32,000 nucleotides of DNA from Aliivibrio fischeri ES114 (lineage in GTDB: Bacteria; Pseudomonadota; Gammaproteobacteria; Enterobacterales; Vibrionaceae): NCBI RefSeq assembly GCF_000011805.1, contig NC_006840.2; one strand, given 5' to 3'. The notes beneath the pieces were generated by a model that did no database searches, was not told where the DNA came from, and worked only from the letters and a program-made list of their open reading frames with translations. Numbering within the stretch: position 1 is the first letter of the stretch; each line of letters starts with the position of its first letter. Below are positions 30,131 to 32,000 of this stretch, one piece after another. A program made the position numbers and the translations under genes.

Positions 30131-30862
30131 TTATTCAGCGTTGCTGATCAGTGTGCCTTCAGTTTCACCCATAACTACACGACGTAATGCACCAGGCTTG
30201 TTCATGTTAAATACACGAATAGGCATGTTGTGGTCACGAGCAAGAGTAAACGCTGCTAAGTCCATCACTTTTAATTCTTTTTCAAGAACGCTGCTGTAAG
30301 ACAGTTTATCATACAATTCTGCATCAGGGTTAGATACTGGATCAGCAGTAAATACACCATCTACTTTTGTTGCTTTTAAAACAACATCAGCTTCAATTTC
30401 AATACCACGTAGACATGCAGCAGAGTCTGTTGTAAAGAATGGGTTACCTGTACCAGCAGAGAAAATAACCACACGGCCTTGACGTAATTGAGCGATAGCA
30501 TCAGCCCAGTTGTAATCGTCACATACACCTTTAAGAGGGATAGCTGACATTACTCGAGCATTTACGTATGCACGGTGTAGTGCATCACGCATCGCTAAGC
30601 CATTCATTACTGTCGCTAGCATACCCATGTGATCACCTACTACACGGTTCATGCCTGCTTCTGCAAGACCTGCACCACGGAAAAGGTTACCACCACCGAT
30701 AACAACACCAACTTGAACACCAAGCTCGATCAGCTCTTTTACTTCTTGAGCCATACGATCAAGCGTTGCAGGGTCAATACCAAAACCCTCTTCGCCTTGA
30801 AGTGCTTCACCACTAAGTTTTAATAGAATACGCTGATATACTGGTTTCGGGTTCGTCGTCAT
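30131..30862 (-). CDS. pyrH: UMP kinase
   Basis: 243 aa. [25 protein letters not shown]...[11 protein letters not shown]...[16 protein letters not shown]... is nearly identical in pattern to E. coli PyrH. Confidence 0.97.
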   Translation of the reverse strand: MTTNPKPVYQRILLKLSGEALQGEEGFGIDPATLDRMAQEVKELIELGVQVGVVIGGGNLFRGAGLAEAGMNRVVGDHMGMLATVMNGLAMRDALHRAYVNARVMSAIPLKGVCDDYNWADAIAQLRQGRVVIFSAGTGNPFFTTDSAACLRGIEIEADVVLKATKVDGVFTADPVSNPDAELYDKLSYSSVLEKELKVMDLAAFTLARDHNMPIRVFNMNKPGALRRVVMGETEGTLISNAE

Positions 30863-30924
30863 GGATTTTACCTTTTCACTAGAGTTGTCAAAATAACGGT
30901 CACCATTTAGTACTGGATTATCCT

Positions 30925-30942
30925 CTATTGATAATTCAATAG
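30925..30942. promoter_or_regulatory. Candidate operator: perfect 7+7 bp inverted repeat upstream of pyrH
   Basis: CTATTGA-taat-TCAATAG. On the minus strand it fills the spacer of a possible promoter: TTACTA (30945-30940), 17 nt, GATAAT (30922-30917). The binding factor is unknown. Confidence 0.3.
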
Positions 30943-30961
30943 TAAAAGGTAACAGCTATTC

Positions 30962-30990
30962 ACAAAAAGACCGCAGCATAGCCACGGTCT
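30962..30990 (-). terminator. Rho-independent terminator after tsf
   Basis: On the minus strand AGACCGTGGC-tat-GCTGCGGTCT forms a 10-bp stem including two G-U pairs, followed by TTTTGTG. Confidence 0.7.
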
Positions 30991-31014
30991 CTTTCAGTTA
31001 CAATACAGAAGGAA

Positions 31015-31860
31015 TTAACCTTTTTGTACTGCAGCTACTTCATCAGCAAAGCTCATTTCTGCAGCTTTCTCGATACCTTCACCAACTTCTAGACGTACGA
31101 AGTTAGATACTGAAGCGCCTTTCTCTTTAAGAATTTCAGCAACAGTTTTCTTAGGTTCCATGATGAAAGCTTGACCTGTTAGAGAAACTTCGCCCGTGAA
31201 TTTCTTCATACGGCCGATAACCATTTTCTCAGCGATTTCTTGAGGTTTGCCTTCGTTCATAGCGATTTCAACTTGAACAGCTTTTTCTTTTTCTACTACG
31301 TCAGCAGGTACGTCAGATGGGTTAACGTACTCAGGCTTAGAAGCAGCAACGTGCATAGCGATGTGCTTAAGAGTTTCAGCATCGCCTTCACCAGCTACAA
31401 CAACACCGATTTTCTCGCCGTGACGGTAAGAAGCTAGTGCAGAACCAGCAACGTATTGTACGCGACGGATGTTGATGTTTTCACCGATTTTAGCTACTAG
31501 AGCAACACGAGTTTCTTCGAATTGTGCTTGAAGTTCTTCAACAGTTGCTTGAGTTGCAACAGCTGCAGCAACAACTTCTTCAGCAAATGCTGTGAAGTTA
31601 GAATCTTTAGCAACGAAATCAGTTTGACAGTTAACTTCAAGAAGAGCAGCAACGCCGTTTTCTTCTTTGATGATGATTGCGCCTTCAGCAGCAACGTTAC
31701 CTGCTTTTTTAGCAGCTTTAGCAGCGCCAGATTTACGCATGTTTTCGATCGCTAGTTCGATATCAGCGTTCGCTTCAACTAGCGCTTTTTTACATTCCAT
31801 CATGCCAGCGCCAGTGCGCTCACGAAGTTCTTTTACAAGAGCAGCAGTTACAGTTGCCAT
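31015..31860 (-). CDS. tsf: Translation elongation factor Ts
   Basis: [27 protein letters not shown]... is colinear with E. coli EF-Ts. The ATG is at 31858-31860, with GAGGAA 6 nt upstream. The track's upstream TTG extension is dropped. Confidence 0.96.
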
Positions 31861-31889
31861 TCTCAATTCCTCAATTTAATTGGTGGAGT

Positions 31890-31918
31890 TAAAAATCAGG
31901 GGCCAAATTGGGCCCCTG
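31890..31918 (-). terminator. Intergenic terminator/attenuator upstream of tsf (expected rpsB-tsf spacer)
   Basis: On the minus strand: CAGGGGCC, loop CAATTT, GGCCCCTG (GC-rich 8-bp stem), followed by ATTTTTAAC. It lies about 30 nt upstream of the tsf ATG. An rpsB-tsf attenuator is known in E. coli. Confidence 0.75.
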
Positions 31919-32000
31919 CTAACTATTTCAGTTTACTACGAAACGAAAAGACTCACTAGGAGCAAATAATAATTTCGACGAATCGAAAAAATATTATTCA

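Noticed and set aside
30924-30942. Possible Fur box in the pyrH upstream palindrome, because it contains GATAAT
   Set aside because: Aligned on the central GATAAT, the flanks match the 19-bp Fur consensus GATAATGATAATCATTATC at only about 3 of 13 remaining positions. It is retained only as an unassigned inverted repeat.
31921-32000. Possible 3' end of rpsB at the window edge, plus a small hairpin TTTCGA-cgaa-TCGAAA (31973-31988)
   Set aside because: Only a few nucleotides of any upstream gene could be present. One minus-strand frame opens with a stop codon, one has a stop as its second codon, and the third gives a non-RpsB-like peptide. The stem is 6 bp and AT-rich. It cannot be supported from this window.

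Overview
This is a core-genome window from an AT-rich gammaproteobacterium. Gene order and protein sequences point to Vibrionaceae (Vibrio/Aliivibrio-like). I support 29 confident protein-coding genes plus one doubtful small ORF.

The left third (1-10.9 kb) matches the E. coli gmhA / fadE ... dnaQ / rnhA / yafS / gloB / mltD / yafD neighbourhood. It carries two lineage-specific insertions: an uncharacterised envelope protein coupled to dnaQ, and a Yip1-like membrane protein coupled to mltD.

From 10.1 kb to the window end, 20 consecutive genes all lie on the minus strand: tsf-pyrH-frr-uppS-cdsA-dxr-rseP-bamA-skp-lpxD-fabZ-lpxA-lpxB-rnhB-dnaE-accA-tilS-cytochrome c-glnB-yafD. This is the classic essential envelope/replication cluster.

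I saw no tRNA/rRNA, CRISPR array, transposase, integrase, phage gene, toxin-antitoxin pair or defence-island hallmark, and I do not find a convincing novel multi-gene system. The leads worth a second look are modest:
- an orphan promoter / small-ORF / terminator unit at 3.3-3.6 kb;
- the unknown bitopic envelope protein translationally coupled to dnaQ, which ends in a PPPP tail;
- five intrinsic-terminator hairpins placed directly against the ribosome-binding site of the next gene (four of those genes belong to families essential in E. coli);
- a few candidate operators.

All homology statements come from my reading of the translations against remembered E. coli/Vibrio proteins. No searches were run.
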